Source: Clostridiales bacterium
GTDB taxonomy: Bacteria > Bacillota > Clostridia > DUPQ01
Reading direction: 5' to 3'
NCBI GenBank assembly: GCA_023145435.1
Contig: JAGLDS010000004.1
Location: 40,546 to 104,545, forward strand
DNA: 64,000 nucleotides
Under the pieces are notes generated by a model, which searched no databases, had not been told where the DNA came from, and saw nothing but the letters and a program-made list of their open reading frames with translations. Below, one piece after another: positions 61,024 to 64,000 of the stretch; position 1 is the first letter of the stretch; each line of letters opens with the position of its first letter. The translations under genes and the position numbers were made by a program.

Positions 61024-61986
61024 ATGACACTAATTCTTAATAAAAAACAATCAAATGAGAAAATTAATCAAATGAGAGAAAAAAATGCATGTATGGCAAT
61101 ATTTTGTTCAGCAAGTCATTGGAATAGTGAAGCAATTTTATTAGCAGCTAGTAGATATGCAAAAAAAAGAGGAATAAGTGATATTCCTATTAGTATTGCA
61201 ATGACGTTTAATTATCCTCATATGCCACAAGCCAAACGAGTTACATATTCTAAAAATGCAAAATATGGGTTTATTTCAAATATGACTCACATTAATCTTT
61301 TATGTGGTCAAGATGATTCACCATATAAAAATGTATCAGTATTGCCACATTTAGATCATGCTAACCCAACTAGAGATTTATGGGCTCTAACAAGTGGTAC
61401 AGAGTATCTTTCAAGTGTCATGTTTGATACTCAAGATGTAGTTGATGAGAATGCAATAAACCTTACAAAAGAGTATGTAAAAGAATATGGTGATAAAGTA
61501 CTAATTGAAGGAATCATGGAACAATTATCAGTACTTGGAAATATTAAAATTATTAAAAATGAAGACTATATCGAAAAAGCTGTAAAGTTTGTAAAAAATA
61601 CTAATGTTGATTTTCTTGTTGCAGATTTAGGCACTGAACAACAATCAAGTTCTATCGGAAAATCAACATATTTAACAAACAGAGCAATAAACTTAACAAA
61701 AGCACTTAATAAAAAAATGTTAGTACTACATGGAACATCTTCTTTAACTAGTGATCAAATGATTAGTATAAAAGATGATGGTGTTATAAGGGTAAATATG
61801 TGGACTAGGATTGTGAGAGAAGCAGGTCAATTCGCTGCAAATAATATTGTTAATAAATATGATAAAATAAAAGATGGATATTTTGAACAAAGTGATTCAA
61901 AACAATATATTTATGATTCAATTGAAAAAGCTGCAGATATTATGGAAGAAATAATGGATATTATAGGCTATGGAAGATTAGCATAG
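61024..61986 (+). CDS. Divergent class II (metal) aldolase
   Basis: HLDH, SSVMFD, IEG, LVLHGTS, RVN; the usual GxxHG His is replaced (LGTEQQ). Confidence 0.7.
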   Translation: MTLILNKKQSNEKINQMREKNACMAIFCSASHWNSEAILLAASRYAKKRGISDIPISIAMTFNYPHMPQAKRVTYSKNAKYGFISNMTHINLLCGQDDSPYKNVSVLPHLDHANPTRDLWALTSGTEYLSSVMFDTQDVVDENAINLTKEYVKEYGDKVLIEGIMEQLSVLGNIKIIKNEDYIEKAVKFVKNTNVDFLVADLGTEQQSSSIGKSTYLTNRAINLTKALNKKMLVLHGTSSLTSDQMISIKDDGVIRVNMWTRIVREAGQFAANNIVNKYDKIKDGYFEQSDSKQYIYDSIEKAADIMEEIMDIIGYGRLA

Positions 61987-61998
61987 AAAGGTTATATT

Positions 61999-63414
61999 AT
62001 GGAACAAGTAATACTTGGATTTTGTCCAACAAGAAGAAATTTATTTAGTGCAAAAGATGCAAGAAAGTATAAGGAAATAATTAAAAATAAGTTAAATGAT
62101 TTTCCAATAAAAGTTATTGATATTGATGATATTACTAAAGAAGGTTTATTAGTTGAAAGTACTGACTTAGATAAAGTTATAAATAAATTTAGAGAAAATA
62201 AAATTGATGCTCTATTTATTCCCCACTGTAATTTTGGTACAGAAGATTTAGTAGCTAAAACTGCAAAAGCTTTAGGTGTTCCTGTTTTATTATGGGGACC
62301 TAGAGATGAAGCACCAGATGAATTCGGATTACGATTACGCGATTCTCAATGTGGGTTGTTTGCAACTGGAAAAGTTTTAAGACGATTCAACGTTCCTTTT
62401 ACATATGTAAATAATTGTAGAGTAGAAACCTCATATTTTAGTGACTCACTTAATAGATTTATTGCCGTAGCAAATGTAGTTAAGCATTTTAAAAAAATGA
62501 GTATCTTACAAATTTCAACACGACCAAATAGTTTTTGGAGTGTAATTGCTAATGAAAGTGAATTGTTAGAAAAATTTGGTATTGAGACCTATCCTATCCC
62601 TTTAAGAGAATTAACTGATACTGCTAAGAAAATAGAAATAAGTAAAGGTGATGAATACGATAAAGCTTATGCATATATTAAAAACTCAATTAGTAAAGAC
62701 GGGAAAGAAGAAAACATCTCTAAAATGGCAGCGTTAAAATGCGCTTTAAAAGAACGAGCTGAGTTTTATAATTGTAATTCAATTGCCATACAATGTTGGA
62801 GTGCTTTACAAGATGAAATTGGTATAATGCCATGTGTTGCTAATTCAATTTTATCAGAAGAACAGCTTCCTTGTGTATGCGAAACAGATATTTGTGGAGC
62901 CGTAACTGCAGTTATGGTTCAAGCTGCTACTTTAAATGAAAAACCACATTTTTTCTCTGACTTGACTATTAGGCATCCAGAAAATGATAACGCAGAATTA
63001 TTGTGGCACTGTGGTCCATTCCCTTATTCATTAGCAAAAGATAAAAGTAAAGCAAAAGCTGCAGGACATTGGGTACTTCCAAGTGGAGCTTACGGGACAT
63101 GTGAATGGGAAATTAAAGGTGGAGACATAACCATAGCTCGCTTTGATGGTGACCATGGGAAATATAGTTTATTCACCTGTGAAGGTAAAGGAATTGATGG
63201 TCCATTTACCAGAGGTACATATGTATGGTTTGAAGTAAAAAACTGGCCACTTATAGAAAGAAAACTTGTTGAAGGTCCATATATACATCACGTAGCTGGA
63301 ATACATGGTAAATATGCTGAAATACTTTTAGAAGCATGTAAATATATTCCAGGACTAACCCCCGATCCTACTGAACCTACAATGGATGAATTAATAAATA
63401 GATGGAGTGAATAG
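61999..63414 (+). CDS. L-fucose/D-arabinose isomerase-family protein
   Basis: NFGTE, RDSQCG, AIQCW, CETD, LWHCG, YIHH. Confidence 0.85.
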   Translation: MEQVILGFCPTRRNLFSAKDARKYKEIIKNKLNDFPIKVIDIDDITKEGLLVESTDLDKVINKFRENKIDALFIPHCNFGTEDLVAKTAKALGVPVLLWGPRDEAPDEFGLRLRDSQCGLFATGKVLRRFNVPFTYVNNCRVETSYFSDSLNRFIAVANVVKHFKKMSILQISTRPNSFWSVIANESELLEKFGIETYPIPLRELTDTAKKIEISKGDEYDKAYAYIKNSISKDGKEENISKMAALKCALKERAEFYNCNSIAIQCWSALQDEIGIMPCVANSILSEEQLPCVCETDICGAVTAVMVQAATLNEKPHFFSDLTIRHPENDNAELLWHCGPFPYSLAKDKSKAKAAGHWVLPSGAYGTCEWEIKGGDITIARFDGDHGKYSLFTCEGKGIDGPFTRGTYVWFEVKNWPLIERKLVEGPYIHHVAGIHGKYAEILLEACKYIPGLTPDPTEPTMDELINRWSE

Positions 63415-63419
63415 CAAAA

Positions 63420-64000
63420 TTATAATTTTGCTCCACCTGCACTATGAATTTCATCTAATACTAAATTAACAGATTTTATACCTTCGTTAAGGGGCGCTAT
63501 TTCAATAGCACCCTTTTCTTTTATCTTTTTAGTGAAATATTTTAATTCGTTATAATAACCACCTAATGATGATACATTACCACCTAAATCATTAGTATCA
63601 GTAAATTTTTGATTAAATTTTGGTGTAAAGCTTTCTCCATGTGTTGGATAAACAATTAATGTTGGAATTTTTGTAGAATCATAAACAATAGTGGCTTTTT
63701 CAAGTTTTACTCTATATTCCATACAAAATGGAAAAGAATCTGGGTAATCCCAACAAACTTCTGCAACCACAACCTTATTTGGATAATTATAGGTTGTAAA
63801 CATTTGTTGAATAACCCCTTTATTATTCCTAGACGCTACTGCATTAACACCATTTGGTTCTCCTAATAAATATCTTATGAAATCACTATCGTGAATGTGC
63901 ATATCAAGTGCAACAGAACCGCTTAATTGAACTTTATGAAGCCAATTATTCCATGCCCAAGTGGGTAGTGGACTAATTCTTTTAAATGTAGCAGTAATTA
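63420..64000 (-). CDS. Gfo/Idh/MocA oxidoreductase, C-terminal part (starts beyond the window)
   Basis: Frame is open to the window edge: RISPLPTWAWNNW...SGSVALDMHIHDSDF...GYYNELKYF. Confidence 0.8.
   Translation of the reverse strand, partial: ITATFKRISPLPTWAWNNWLHKVQLSGSVALDMHIHDSDFIRYLLGEPNGVNAVASRNNKGVIQQMFTTYNYPNKVVVAEVCWDYPDSFPFCMEYRVKLEKATIVYDSTKIPTLIVYPTHGESFTPKFNQKFTDTNDLGGNVSSLGGYYNELKYFTKKIKEKGAIEIAPLNEGIKSVNLVLDEIHSAGGAKL

Overview
This is a very AT-rich bacterial chromosomal window (GC not computed) whose gene content points to a low-GC anaerobic Firmicute (Clostridia-like). It contains no rRNA, tRNA or CRISPR array. The housekeeping blocks are a complete A/V-type ATPase operon with a Na+-type two-hairpin K subunit, a type III glutamine synthetase, galT-galK-galE running directly into a four-subunit 2-oxoacid:ferredoxin oxidoreductase, and two ABC-F ATPases plus a DEAD-box helicase. 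Carbohydrate genes are abundant: two heparinase II/III-like lyases, a GH172/kinase/aldolase/isomerase cluster, a DUF3604-Hyi-MDR operon and a partial beta-propeller hydrolase. Conflict or defence-type modules are interspersed: a Schlafen/AlbA-HATPase-wHTH gene, a MazG-like gene plus nuclease-DUF2075 helicase next to a DUF1848 pseudogene, AbiEi/AbiEii, macrodomain-HTH plus vWA, and BrnT/BrnA. Several of these are broken by single lesions, and there are unannotated relics (SatD, MqsA/DUF4065-type HTH, ISLre2-type transposase). The strongest non-coding signals are an ANTAR twin-hairpin attenuator before the glutamine synthetase, four 10-bp-phased direct repeats covering the Schlafen/AlbA promoter, a GTCGCTT-N3-AAGCGAC palindrome between the macro-HTH and vWA genes, and a perfect 18-bp-arm palindrome. 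All family calls come from motif recognition, not database searches.
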